DNA of 64,000 bases from NCBI GenBank assembly GCA_007118495.1, contig SKRM01000033.1, positions 9,201-73,200 of the forward strand. Reading direction: 5' to 3'. Position numbers and translations under genes: made by a program. The notes under the pieces were generated by a model, which was not told where the DNA came from, made no database searches, and saw nothing but the letters and a program-made list of their open reading frames with translations. Of this stretch, positions 46,605-58,459 are shown one piece after another. How positions within the stretch are numbered: the first letter of the stretch is position 1; every line of letters starts with the position of its first letter. This DNA comes from Bacteroidales bacterium (lineage in GTDB: Bacteria; Bacteroidota; Bacteroidia; Bacteroidales; UBA7960).

Positions 46605-48725
46605 ATGGCAGATATGAAAAAATTGTTTATTTATATGATGGTTTTAGGATTTACCGTGGCCTGTGGCCCTGGTAGAAATAAGGAGGAAAAACAACCCCCG
46701 GTTGCTGCACAACATGAAAAGCAACTGATCATTCATGGCGATACCAGAATTGATCCATATTATTGGATGAATGACCGCAATGACCCTGCTGTGATCAGCT
46801 ATCTGGAGGCCGAAAACGAATACCTTGAATACAAAATGGCACACACCCTCCCATTGCAGGAAAAACTGTTCGAAGAAATGAGAGGCAGGATCAGAGAAGA
46901 TGATGCATCTGCTCCTTATTATAGGAATGGGTATTTTTATTACACACGGTTTGAAACAGGGGGAGAGTACCCCATTTATTGCCGGAAGCAGGGTTCTCTG
47001 GATGCCAAAGAAGAGATTATGCTTAATGTCAACGAATTGGCTAAACATCACCCATATTACAATGTTGGACGTTTTGATGTAAGCCTTGATAATCGTTGGA
47101 TGGCTTTTACAGTTGATACGGTGGGCCGACGGCAATACACCATCATGTTACAGGATCTGGCCACAGGGCAGATCACCCAAACAGGGATCGAAAACGCCGG
47201 AGGAGATGTGGTATGGTCAGCCGACAACCAGACTTTCTTCTTTTCATCCATTGATCCTCAAACATTGCGTTATGACAAGATTTACCGGTTCAATACCAGA
47301 GATGATGCTGCACCTGAAAAAGTCTATGAAGAATTTGATGAAACATTCTATTACATTGGTATATCAAGAACAAAAGATAACAGGTACCTGACCGTTACGG
47401 CCAACAGTACGTTAAGTAATGAAATATGGATTCTGAACGCCTCCAATCCCCATGGTGAATTCAGGGTTTTCCAGCCCAGGCAGCGTGACCTTTTATACCG
47501 CATCTGGTCATACAATGGCAGTTTTTTCGTGCTTACAAACCACCAGGCACAAAATTTCCGACTCATGGAAACCTCCCCGGACAAAACGCGTCTTGAAAAC
47601 TGGAGAGAGATTATTGCCCACAGACCCGATGTGCTGGTTGAGACCATGGATATTTTTGATGACTACATAGTTATTCAGGAAAGGCAAAGAGGCTTGAGGC
47701 ATATGCGGATCATCCACAAGGTGACAGGCGAGATCCATTATCTTCCTTTTGAAGAAGAGGCCTATACAGCCAGTATCGGGATCAATGCCGAAATGTCCAC
47801 TCCGGTGCTTCGTTACAACTATACTTCGCTCACCACGCCGTCAAGTACCTTTGACTACAATATGGATACAAGAGAAACAGTCTTGGTAAAACAGCAGGAG
47901 GTATTGGGTGGGTTCAGTCCTGATGATTATGAAACAAGACGTCTGTATGCCGTTGCCAGAGACGGGGCTGAGGTACCCGTTACCATTGTACACAAAAAGG
48001 GTATCAACAAGGATGCCAACAACCCGCTGTTGTTGTACGCCTATGGATCTTATGGGTCAAGTGCAGACCCCCGTTTTAATGCCAATGTGCTAAGTTTGCT
48101 TGACAGGGGCTTTATATATGCCATAGCCCATGTGCGCGGGGGGCAGGATCTTGGCCGGCAATGGTATGAAGATGGAAAGTTGCTAAAAAAAATAAACACT
48201 TTCAATGACTTTATTGATTGTGCCCACTTTCTCATAGACGAAAAGTATACCAAACCATCGCTGCTGTTCGCAAGGGGTGGTAGTGCCGGCGGATTGCTGA
48301 TGGGAGCTGTAATTAATGATAGTCCGGAATTGTTCAGGGGTGTAATTGCTGCGGTACCTTTTGTTGATGTTGTCACTACCATGCTCGATGAGAGTATCCC
48401 ATTGACTACAGCTGAGTATGACGAGTGGGGGAATCCGAATATCAAGGTTTACTATGACTATATGTTGTCTTATTCTCCCTATGACAATATCCGTACCCAG
48501 GACTATCCCGATTTGCTTGTCACATCAGGATTGCATGACTCACAGGTGCAGTACTGGGAACCCACAAAGTGGGTGGCTAAATTACGGACACATCATACCG
48601 GAGAAGCTGATATTCTTCTATACACCAATATGGAAGCCGGCCACGGGGGGGCTTCAGGTCGTTTTCGACGGCTAAGGGAGTTGGCCAGGGAGTACGCATT
48701 TATTATTGATCTTGCCAGAAGGTAA
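46605..48725 (+). CDS. ptrB: S9A family serine peptidase (oligopeptidase B/protease II-like), probable lipoprotein
   Basis: 706 aa with a lipobox-like VAC, a beta-propeller N-terminal half, the catalytic GGSAGG serine motif and a C-terminal EAGHGG. Confidence 0.85.
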   Translation: MADMKKLFIYMMVLGFTVACGPGRNKEEKQPPVAAQHEKQLIIHGDTRIDPYYWMNDRNDPAVISYLEAENEYLEYKMAHTLPLQEKLFEEMRGRIREDDASAPYYRNGYFYYTRFETGGEYPIYCRKQGSLDAKEEIMLNVNELAKHHPYYNVGRFDVSLDNRWMAFTVDTVGRRQYTIMLQDLATGQITQTGIENAGGDVVWSADNQTFFFSSIDPQTLRYDKIYRFNTRDDAAPEKVYEEFDETFYYIGISRTKDNRYLTVTANSTLSNEIWILNASNPHGEFRVFQPRQRDLLYRIWSYNGSFFVLTNHQAQNFRLMETSPDKTRLENWREIIAHRPDVLVETMDIFDDYIVIQERQRGLRHMRIIHKVTGEIHYLPFEEEAYTASIGINAEMSTPVLRYNYTSLTTPSSTFDYNMDTRETVLVKQQEVLGGFSPDDYETRRLYAVARDGAEVPVTIVHKKGINKDANNPLLLYAYGSYGSSADPRFNANVLSLLDRGFIYAIAHVRGGQDLGRQWYEDGKLLKKINTFNDFIDCAHFLIDEKYTKPSLLFARGGSAGGLLMGAVINDSPELFRGVIAAVPFVDVVTTMLDESIPLTTAEYDEWGNPNIKVYYDYMLSYSPYDNIRTQDYPDLLVTSGLHDSQVQYWEPTKWVAKLRTHHTGEADILLYTNMEAGHGGASGRFRRLRELAREYAFIIDLARR

Positions 48726-48757
48726 GGTGTCTAAATAACGAACCAAAAAAAACCATT

Positions 48758-49249
48758 ATGAAGAGATTAGCTGTTTACCTATTCACTGCGATGATGATTC
48801 TCATCGGTGTTGTAGCCTGTCAGACAGAAACCGCCCAGCAATACGAAACCCGTTGGGCAGGAGAAAACCTGGAGGAAATCATCGCCAGCTTTGAGAACCA
48901 GTTCGGTGGATTTGACAAAACCATGATGGAAACCGGGTACCGCTACAATGAACTATATTGGGCAGGTCAGGATGGGAATTGGGCATATGCTGAATACCAG
49001 CTGGATGAAATGCTTGGAAGCCTTGAAGACGGTTTTATACGCAGACCCGACAGGGAGTTGTCATCGGCACAGTTTGTTAACCAGGCTGTACCTCAGCTGA
49101 TGGAAACCATCCAGAATGAAGACAGAGAAGCATTTTTGCAGTCGTTTGTCAGATTTGCCAGCAGCTGCAACACCTGTCATGCTATGGAAGAAGTACCATT
49201 TGTTCAGGTTATAATTCCCGAATTGAGAACCAGCCTGGTCAAATTGTAG
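48758..49249 (+). CDS. small exported lipoprotein with a single C-terminal CXXCH (cytochrome c-prime/class II cytochrome-like)
   Basis: 163 aa with a signal peptide ending VAC, helical-looking sequence and a CNTCH motif about 25 residues from the C-terminus. Confidence 0.5.
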   Translation: MKRLAVYLFTAMMILIGVVACQTETAQQYETRWAGENLEEIIASFENQFGGFDKTMMETGYRYNELYWAGQDGNWAYAEYQLDEMLGSLEDGFIRRPDRELSSAQFVNQAVPQLMETIQNEDREAFLQSFVRFASSCNTCHAMEEVPFVQVIIPELRTSLVKL

Positions 49250-49304
49250 TTACTCCCTGAGGTTGATGGCTTTCTGACCATCATTCAGCGCAAATGAGAT
49301 TATA

Positions 49305-49829
49305 TTGTCACGTATTAGAAAAGTTGCCATCACCGGGCCAGAATCAACCGGAAAGAGTTGGCTGACAAGGCGTCTGGCTGATTTTTATGGTACTGCGTTT
49401 GTTCCGGAATATGCCAGGGAGTATATTGACAAGCTTCGTGGGGAGTATGGGAAACAAGATCTTTATCAAATTGCCTGCGGTCAGCTTGAAAAAGAAAAGC
49501 AAGCCCTGTCGGCAGCGAAGCAGTTCCTTTTCTGTGATACTGAACTTTTGGTTATTAAAATCTGGAGCCTTCATGCTTTTGGGGAGTGCCATCCATGGAT
49601 CCTAAGCCAAATTGAGCAAAACACATATGATCTTTACTTGCTATGTGATATTGACCTTCCTTGGGAACCCGACCCACAGCGAGAGCATCCACATATGAGG
49701 AAGTACTTTTTTGAATGGTATAAAAGGGAGCTTGATAGCTACGGTTTTACCTACCGAATGGTGTCAGGCTCTGGAGAAGAAAGAATACAAAAGGCAGTGG
49801 AAATTGTTCATGATTATTTTATTGGGTAA
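49305..49829 (+). CDS. NadR-type P-loop kinase-like ATPase (ribosylnicotinamide kinase domain-like)
   Basis: 174 aa with a TTG start and a Walker A motif GPESTGKS followed by the EYAREY block seen in NadR C-terminal domains. Confidence 0.65.
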   Translation: MSRIRKVAITGPESTGKSWLTRRLADFYGTAFVPEYAREYIDKLRGEYGKQDLYQIACGQLEKEKQALSAAKQFLFCDTELLVIKIWSLHAFGECHPWILSQIEQNTYDLYLLCDIDLPWEPDPQREHPHMRKYFFEWYKRELDSYGFTYRMVSGSGEERIQKAVEIVHDYFIG

Positions 49830-49832
49830 AAT

Positions 49833-50732
49833 ATGGAGCCCTCAACGGTAAAGCAACACCTTCATCTGCATTTTGTAGTAGTACTTCTTGGTTTTACTGC
49901 TATTCTGGGGGCACTTATAACCTTACCTGCCCTTGATTTGGTCTGGTATAGGATGTTGTTCGGATTTGTCGGTCTATGGTTTTATTTCATGCTAAGAAGA
50001 CTCCCCTACAAACTTACCACATCAAAGATCCTTCCGCTTATGGGAATTGGTGTGGTGGTGGCACTGCATTGGTTCACTTTTTTTCATGCCATTAAATTAT
50101 CAAACGTTTCTGTCACCCTGGGTGTTTTTGCCTCAACAACCCTTTTTACCAGCTTTTTAGAACCCATTAGCCAAAAAAGGAAGATTTTCTGGCTTGAGGT
50201 CCTGATCGGATTGGTAATCATTGGGGGCATCTATCTGATTTTTCAATATGAGCTCAGGTTTTTATCAGGGATACTATATGCATTGCTTTCTGCATTGCTC
50301 AATGGCGTGTTTGTGGTGCTGAACCGAAACATCAGTTTAAAGCATCACCCTTCTGTGATCAGTTTTTATGAGATGATAGGTGGCTTTGCTTTTATTACGT
50401 TATATTTCGCCATTACAGGAGGTTTGGGCACCCATATGCTGTCAATGCAGGCTAGTGATCTGTTTTACCTTGTGCTTTTGGGTTTTGTTTGCACCGCCTA
50501 TGCGTTTACTGCAATAGTGGATATCATGAAAGTGCTGTCTGCATTTACTGTGGTACTGGCCATTAACCTGGAACCTGTTTATGGAATTGTCATGGCAAGG
50601 TTTTTTTTCCCGGAGGCCGAACGAATGTCCGGGGGGTTTTACCTGGGGACCATGATTATTATGATCTCTGTTTTTTCCTATCCTTTTTTGAAACGCATGC
50701 TGAGGCGTAAAAACCAGAAGCCCGTTCAATAG
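49833..50732 (+). CDS. DMT superfamily (EamA-like) transporter
   Basis: 299 aa, about 10 TM with a duplicated 5-TM pattern. It starts 4 nt after the preceding gene. Confidence 0.8.
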   Translation: MEPSTVKQHLHLHFVVVLLGFTAILGALITLPALDLVWYRMLFGFVGLWFYFMLRRLPYKLTTSKILPLMGIGVVVALHWFTFFHAIKLSNVSVTLGVFASTTLFTSFLEPISQKRKIFWLEVLIGLVIIGGIYLIFQYELRFLSGILYALLSALLNGVFVVLNRNISLKHHPSVISFYEMIGGFAFITLYFAITGGLGTHMLSMQASDLFYLVLLGFVCTAYAFTAIVDIMKVLSAFTVVLAINLEPVYGIVMARFFFPEAERMSGGFYLGTMIIMISVFSYPFLKRMLRRKNQKPVQ

Positions 50733-50848
50733 CATATATTAAATTCTGTTTTCGGGCGAAACAATCAGGCGATCAGATTGTTTTAGGTAAGACCAGACCA
50801 TGAAAGTTTAATCTGGTCTGTATTGTTGAACCTAAAATATGATACCTT

Positions 50849-51406
50849 ATGATCAGGATTCAAAAATTTGTTTTTATCATCCCTTTGTTAATGATCAGCT
50901 TTTTCTCCTGGTCTTCAACAAGACCTGCCAGCCTGCATGACTTTACAGTAGAGGATATTTATGGTGAATCATTCGACCTTTCAACATTGAAGGGGAAGAA
51001 AGTAATGGTTGTGAACACGGCTTCGAGATGTGGTTTGACTCCGCAATATGAGGCCCTTGAGCAACTTTATCGTGAATATGCTGACCATGGATTTGTAATC
51101 ATTGGTTTTCCGGCCAATAACTTCATGAATCAGGAGCCTGGCACAAATGAGGATATCATTGCTTTTTGTGAGGAAAACTATGGGGTGAGTTTTCTTATGA
51201 TGTCAAAAATATCGGTACGGGGAGACGATATGGCTCCCTTATACCAGTGGCTGACAAGAAAAGAAAATAACGGTGTAATGGATGCCGAGGTAAGCTGGAA
51301 CTTTCAGAAATTTCTCATCGATGAAGAAGGCAATCTGGAAGACATGATTCCCCCAAGAGAAAACCCAATGTCCGAGAGAGTCATAGCCTGGATAACCGGT
51401 GAATAA
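50849..51406 (+). CDS. glutathione peroxidase family protein (Cys-type), exported
   Basis: 185 aa with a signal peptide, a NTASRCGLTPQY active-site block and a WNFQKFL block. Confidence 0.9.
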   Translation: MIRIQKFVFIIPLLMISFFSWSSTRPASLHDFTVEDIYGESFDLSTLKGKKVMVVNTASRCGLTPQYEALEQLYREYADHGFVIIGFPANNFMNQEPGTNEDIIAFCEENYGVSFLMMSKISVRGDDMAPLYQWLTRKENNGVMDAEVSWNFQKFLIDEEGNLEDMIPPRENPMSERVIAWITGE

Positions 51407-51432
51407 AAAAAGCGGCCACAGGCCGCTTTTTT
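51405..51432. terminator. bidirectional rho-independent terminator between gpx and gyrB
   Basis: AGCGGCC-ACA-GGCCGCT stem-loop flanked by an A-run on the left and a T-run on the right. Confidence 0.8.
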
Positions 51433-51433
51433 A

Positions 51434-53413
<1,980 letters not shown>

Positions 53414-53424
53414 TTAATAACAGG

Positions 53425-53432
53425 CAAAGGTA
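53425..53432 (-). promoter_or_regulatory. Bacteroidota -7 promoter motif TACCTTTG upstream of gyrB
   Basis: CAAAGGTA on the plus strand, 24 nt upstream of the gyrB ATG. Confidence 0.4.
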
Positions 53433-53504
53433 AGGTTTTTCGGCGGTTTTTCCCCATAAAAAATCAAGGAAAAAACGCAGATTAAGTGGCATTTAATCAG
53501 GTAA

Positions 53505-55334
53505 TTAAAACGAAAAGGTCAGACCTCCGATAAAACTGAATCCCTGGGTGGGGTAATAGGTCCATCTTTCAACACTTTCGTTTAATATATTGTAAAAATT
53601 CAAAAATACAGACAAGCGCTTTGTATACCTGTACTCAAAACCTACATTCACATCAGTGTAAAGGTCATATAGCTGTCTTTCAACAATCAGGGGTGGATCT
53701 GGAAATGGCCAAAACGATCCGGTTATTTGCATGGCTCCGAATGCCTCCTGCCTTAAGTGCAGACTTGATGTCAGGATGATTTTGTCCTGGATATTGTACT
53801 TCAGGCTTGCATCGCCCTCTATCCTTGGCATATGCCAGGCCCTTTGCTGTGTATCAAGGGTGTACTCATTATATGCCCCGCTGAGATTGAACGAAAACCT
53901 TTCACCCGCCCTTACCATAAGTGCTGCAGAATAAGTTAACTTGCGCATATCATCATAGACCACACCGAAGCCACTTTCATTAAATGGCCTGTTTAAAATA
54001 ATGGAGCTTGCCTGATCCATTGTATTTATGAACTGGTTCATAAAGAACGGATGATTGTCAATGCGACTGTTTGTAACCGATGTTTTGAATGAGAACCAAT
54101 CGCCCACAGAACCCTTGAACCCGCCGCTAAGCACTGAGCGAATGTTTGTGAATTCCATGTTCAGGTTAGAAACATGATAAGAGGTGCCAATGGGCATGGA
54201 CGAAACCACAAATGGATTTTCTCGCGAAAACCCTCTCAGTGACTGTCTTTCAAGCCCTCCGGATAGATCAAAAAACGCAACAAGCCGATTTGGCAGCAGG
54301 TTGATATTGAACCCGGCCAGGGGATAGGCTCTGAGCTGATAGTTTCGGTTATCGTCCTCAATGGAGAGGTTGGCCCCCACATGAAACGTTAAATTATTAA
54401 TTTTTGAGCTAAGTATTGGAGCCAGGCTGTAAATTGCTGCATGTGCAGTATCAACCCGGTTGGTGTTGTAATAGTAGTCTGCTTTCAGCCTGATACCTAA
54501 TAATTGTTCCCAGGCTATACCAAATGGATCTTGCCCCAGTCCTGTTTGTAATTTGGCGTCTAATGCGAAATGATGTTCAGATGCATCACGACTGTCCGTT
54601 AGCCAGTTATGTTGCAGGTCAGTTTGGTGCCTTATGCCGGATTGATCTGTGTGATGTGTGCCGAAACCAATCTTTGAAGAGAGAAAATGATATTGTTGAC
54701 GGATATCCTCTGCATCTGGTATGAAACCGGCCGGATGCTGTCCCGGAGGAATCATAGACATGGCATCATCAATGTAGAATGGGAACCCATAGTAATAAAA
54801 CCCATCTCTCTCAAATAACACCCCCGCGTCAAGTGCCGTGTTCCTAAAAAACCGGGTACCGTAAACATGGGCTTTGCTGCGGCTGAAAATACTATGGGGA
54901 ATGGTGTCAACTTCTCCCCCTGATGACAGGTGTCTCAGATGGATGCCAAGTGCATATTCGTTTGATCTCAAAGTGTTGTAAAATCCCTCAAAATAAGGAC
55001 TTTGATAACTGCCATAGCCACCCTTAATCAGGCCGCGCTGCAGGCGGGCCAGGGGCTCTCCCCTCATACGTGCGGGTGTAATGGGCTCTGGACGGTAAGT
55101 TGTAAGCACTTTTCTTGGCCTGATGGAATAATCAAAAGCCAGGTTTACTGTCAGGGTGTCGTCAATAACAGGTGCAAAGTTAATTTTGAAAGCATCTGAG
55201 ATGGTAGGTTGATAGGGGGCCACCACCCTGATCTCTTCAATTTCAAGCGGCCTTTGGGCCAGAATATTTCCAGCTGGCAGCATGGCCATTGTCAGCAGAG
55301 AGATTATGCATGTATAAAACAATTTTCTGTTCAT
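53505..55334 (-). CDS. outer-membrane beta-barrel protein (putative porin family)
   Basis: 609 aa with a signal peptide, alternating beta-strand pattern rich in aromatic residues and G/N/S turns, and a C-terminal ...GGLTFSF with terminal Phe. Confidence 0.7.
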   Translation of the reverse strand: MNRKLFYTCIISLLTMAMLPAGNILAQRPLEIEEIRVVAPYQPTISDAFKINFAPVIDDTLTVNLAFDYSIRPRKVLTTYRPEPITPARMRGEPLARLQRGLIKGGYGSYQSPYFEGFYNTLRSNEYALGIHLRHLSSGGEVDTIPHSIFSRSKAHVYGTRFFRNTALDAGVLFERDGFYYYGFPFYIDDAMSMIPPGQHPAGFIPDAEDIRQQYHFLSSKIGFGTHHTDQSGIRHQTDLQHNWLTDSRDASEHHFALDAKLQTGLGQDPFGIAWEQLLGIRLKADYYYNTNRVDTAHAAIYSLAPILSSKINNLTFHVGANLSIEDDNRNYQLRAYPLAGFNINLLPNRLVAFFDLSGGLERQSLRGFSRENPFVVSSMPIGTSYHVSNLNMEFTNIRSVLSGGFKGSVGDWFSFKTSVTNSRIDNHPFFMNQFINTMDQASSIILNRPFNESGFGVVYDDMRKLTYSAALMVRAGERFSFNLSGAYNEYTLDTQQRAWHMPRIEGDASLKYNIQDKIILTSSLHLRQEAFGAMQITGSFWPFPDPPLIVERQLYDLYTDVNVGFEYRYTKRLSVFLNFYNILNESVERWTYYPTQGFSFIGGLTFSF

Positions 55335-55355
55335 TGCTTTGGATTTTTTTGGGTA

Positions 55356-58300
55356 TTACTGGCCACCGCCTCTTTGGGTATTTGTTGTATCGTTAGGGCT
55401 TTCGGTCTCCATTGACTGCTCAAGTTCGAGAATGAATGCAAGACGGTTGACTGCGCGTGTGCGCAACTCTTCACCTTCATAATTGTCAATAATGCTCTGT
55501 AAGGTGTGTTTGGCCTGGAATAAATTATCCATTTCAAGGTAAACATCAGCCAGCAGAAGGAATAACCTGGCAAGCCAGTAGTCATAAGCAGATATCCTGT
55601 TGATATATTCAAAGATCTGCTCTTCGGCTTTGGCGTAATTGCCCTCTCTGAAAGTAATCAGTGCCAAATGGTACATGGCTTCTGCAGCGCGCTGATTCTC
55701 AATGATGCTTTTTGCCTTTTCAAGTGACTCCCGCGCCTGGTTGTTGTTTTGCAAGGCCAGGGCTGAGATTCCATATATAAGGTGGGCTTCTTGTTCTGTT
55801 TCCGGACTTGGTTTTTCAAACTGCAATACCTGTTGTGCCGCATCCATTGCCTCTGCATATCTGTCAAGACGGTAGAGACTTCTCATCTGGCCTTCGCGGG
55901 CAATTACCATATTGTTGCGAAATTCAGCCACCTCGCTAAGTCTTGTATATTGCTGATATGCTCTTTCGTAATTTCCCATATTAAAGTGGATCCCTGAGGC
56001 TCTTAAAAGGGCATTTTCAAGAAACTTTGTTCGTGATCTCTCTATAACAAACTCATATCCTTCAAGGGCACGCTCTCTTTCATTAGTCCGAAATAAACAT
56101 TCAGCCCGATAAAACTGGGCATTGGTTGAAAATATGCCGTTCGGAAAGCGCTCCAGGTAGTTGGAAAAACTTTGAACAGCAGAACCACAGTCGCCCTGCA
56201 AATAGCGATTCTCAGCCGCCTGGTAAGTCAGTGAGTCTTGCTGGGCTGCAGTAATGTCTGCAATGCCGGCGCGTTCACTGAAGCGTATAAATTCTTCAAC
56301 CCTGTCAAGTGAAACATAAATTGTCCGAATAGATGCAAGAGCCTCTTGTGCCTGAGATGTTCCCGGGTATTGCCCAACAACTTTCTTAAATACCTCAAGT
56401 GCCTGCTCGTCACGGTTTTCATTGTAATGGATCAGTCCTATCTTGAGCATGGCACTTTGTACATATGAACTATTGGGATGCTGGCTGATAACCTGGTTGA
56501 AAAAATGCATAGCCTGATCATTATTGTTTAAGACCAGCCACGTATTTGCTATTTCATATTTTGCGTCGTCAATAAATGATGACTGGGGGTGGGCAGTAAG
56601 GAGCTCCCGCAAGGTGTTGATCTTTTGCTGAAAATCACCCATAATTCCATATACCAGACCCTTTTGGAAAACAGCATAATCTGCATCCAGTACATTCATC
56701 CTGATGGCACGGTTGTAGAAATTCAGGGCTGGCTCATAATCTGATGTAATAAAATAGCTGTCGGCTATGCGCAGCAAGGCATCATTTAAAAGTCGCGGAT
56801 CTTCTGATGTGTTATTGATGAAATTCCTGAATGCCGGAATGGCTCGTCCATAGTCTTTTTTCTTAAACCTGGCATACCCTATTGAATAATGGGCACGCTG
56901 ATAAAAACCAAGGGTAAATGCTCCTGGTGTTCTGAGGAATTGTTCCTGGGCCCTGATGGCATCATCATACCTTCCGAGACGGTAATATGCCTCACCCATC
57001 CAATATAGTGATGAAGCAAGCATGGTTCTGCTTTCCTGGTGTTGCTGGGTCTTTTCGAAATGCTGAATGGCACCCTGAAAATCTCCATTATTGAACAATT
57101 CAACACCGCGATAATAGGTTACCCGCTGGTATGCTTCCCTTAGTCTTGGTGTGTCAAGTGAAATCCTTTCAAGAGAGATCAGGGCATCCTTATAGTTTTT
57201 TGTTGTAAGGTAAAGATCGGCCAGGTAGCCGTATGCTTCATCTTTTCTGGGTGAATCAGGATATTGCTCTATGTATTTCTGAAAGGAGAGAATGGCTTCA
57301 TTGAACGGGTCGTACGACAATTCAAAAGAAAGAAGTGCATAATTGAAAAGTGACTCGGCGGCAATATCTTCGGTGTGGCCCAACTGATGCGCTTGCATGA
57401 AGGCATTTCTTGCAAATCTTTTTTGACCGGTTTCAATATAACTGTATGCAAGGTGATAGTAGGCATTCTGAGCAAGCATGTCGTTACCGGCAGATACCCG
57501 CTCAAGGTAGGGGACAGATTCTTGAAACCGTCCGGTAATAAAATATGAAAACCCCATTTGGTAGTGATCTTCACGCGTGGCTGATGACCGCATTTGTTGC
57601 ATAAACCTCTCAAGGTATGGGATGGCCTGCTGGTACTCCGACTGGTGAAAGTGAGCTTCACCGATCATTCTGGCAATTTCTGGCCCACGACGGGTTGCTG
57701 ACTCTTCAAGCAATGCGGGTGCATATGCCAGCACTTCGTCATATCTTTGCTGCATAAAATAGATATGTGTAATGTAATAGGGAACAACAGCTCCAAACTG
57801 GTGGTCATCCTGCAACTGACGGAGCGCCTGCATGGCCACATGGAAATCACCTGTCAGATATGCAATGTGTCCAAAGTAATATGAAGCCGGACTAAAGTAA
57901 GCCGAGTGGCGATCAGTTATTTGGCTGAATAAGCGGCTGGCCTCATGATAAGCTTCTGTCATAAAAAGACTATATGCTTTCTTGAAAAGAAACTCATCTC
58001 GTCTGTTGCGGTCAATATCACTAACTTCCAGGCTTTCATACCATGAGACAGCTTCACTGAAGTCTCTTTTGCGGTATTGGAGATTGCCCATATAAAACCA
58101 GGCTAACCTTTGACCCGGGTGCGTTGGATATGCATCCAGAAAAGAAACGAGTATGGTTTCTGCATCAGGATTAAAAAGTTCGGCAGCACAAATGGCAGCA
58201 TATAGTGTGGCATTGGCCCGTATCTCATTGAAGGGGTCATCAATCTGCCCGATTATGTTCAGGAAAAGCTCCCTGGCTGCGCCATATTTTTCCTTATTGA

Positions 58301-58424
58301 AAAGTTCCATAGCCTGCCCATAGCTGGCCTGGGGCTCATCATGGGCCATTGTTTGCTGGGCAATGACAATGTTTGATGTCATGGCGATCAGCAGGGAAAT
58401 GATTAATACAAACTTTTTGGTCAT
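55356..58424 (-). CDS. large exported tetratricopeptide-repeat protein
   Basis: 1022 aa with a signal peptide (no lipobox Cys) and TPR-like A/Y/L periodicity throughout. It lies 21 nt upstream of the barrel gene. Confidence 0.85.
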   Translation of the reverse strand: MTKKFVLIISLLIAMTSNIVIAQQTMAHDEPQASYGQAMELFNKEKYGAARELFLNIIGQIDDPFNEIRANATLYAAICAAELFNPDAETILVSFLDAYPTHPGQRLAWFYMGNLQYRKRDFSEAVSWYESLEVSDIDRNRRDEFLFKKAYSLFMTEAYHEASRLFSQITDRHSAYFSPASYYFGHIAYLTGDFHVAMQALRQLQDDHQFGAVVPYYITHIYFMQQRYDEVLAYAPALLEESATRRGPEIARMIGEAHFHQSEYQQAIPYLERFMQQMRSSATREDHYQMGFSYFITGRFQESVPYLERVSAGNDMLAQNAYYHLAYSYIETGQKRFARNAFMQAHQLGHTEDIAAESLFNYALLSFELSYDPFNEAILSFQKYIEQYPDSPRKDEAYGYLADLYLTTKNYKDALISLERISLDTPRLREAYQRVTYYRGVELFNNGDFQGAIQHFEKTQQHQESRTMLASSLYWMGEAYYRLGRYDDAIRAQEQFLRTPGAFTLGFYQRAHYSIGYARFKKKDYGRAIPAFRNFINNTSEDPRLLNDALLRIADSYFITSDYEPALNFYNRAIRMNVLDADYAVFQKGLVYGIMGDFQQKINTLRELLTAHPQSSFIDDAKYEIANTWLVLNNNDQAMHFFNQVISQHPNSSYVQSAMLKIGLIHYNENRDEQALEVFKKVVGQYPGTSQAQEALASIRTIYVSLDRVEEFIRFSERAGIADITAAQQDSLTYQAAENRYLQGDCGSAVQSFSNYLERFPNGIFSTNAQFYRAECLFRTNERERALEGYEFVIERSRTKFLENALLRASGIHFNMGNYERAYQQYTRLSEVAEFRNNMVIAREGQMRSLYRLDRYAEAMDAAQQVLQFEKPSPETEQEAHLIYGISALALQNNNQARESLEKAKSIIENQRAAEAMYHLALITFREGNYAKAEEQIFEYINRISAYDYWLARLFLLLADVYLEMDNLFQAKHTLQSIIDNYEGEELRTRAVNRLAFILELEQSMETESPNDTTNTQRGGGQ

Positions 58425-58459
58425 GTTTTGACATGTATTAGGTCAACAGAAAATTAAAT

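Noticed and set aside
50790-50819. Hairpin AGACCAGA-N14-TCTGGTCT after the DMT transporter gene, considered as a terminator.
   Set aside because: The 14-nt loop is long and there is no clear downstream T-run, so the evidence is too weak to list as a feature. It may still act as a weak terminator or RNA-stability element.
55356-58424. The idea that the 1022-aa TPR protein is the T9SS lipoprotein PorW/SprE.
   Set aside because: The N-terminus has a normal signal peptide (…NIVIAQQ) with no lipobox cysteine, and I cannot verify similarity beyond generic TPR periodicity. It is left as an uncharacterised TPR protein.
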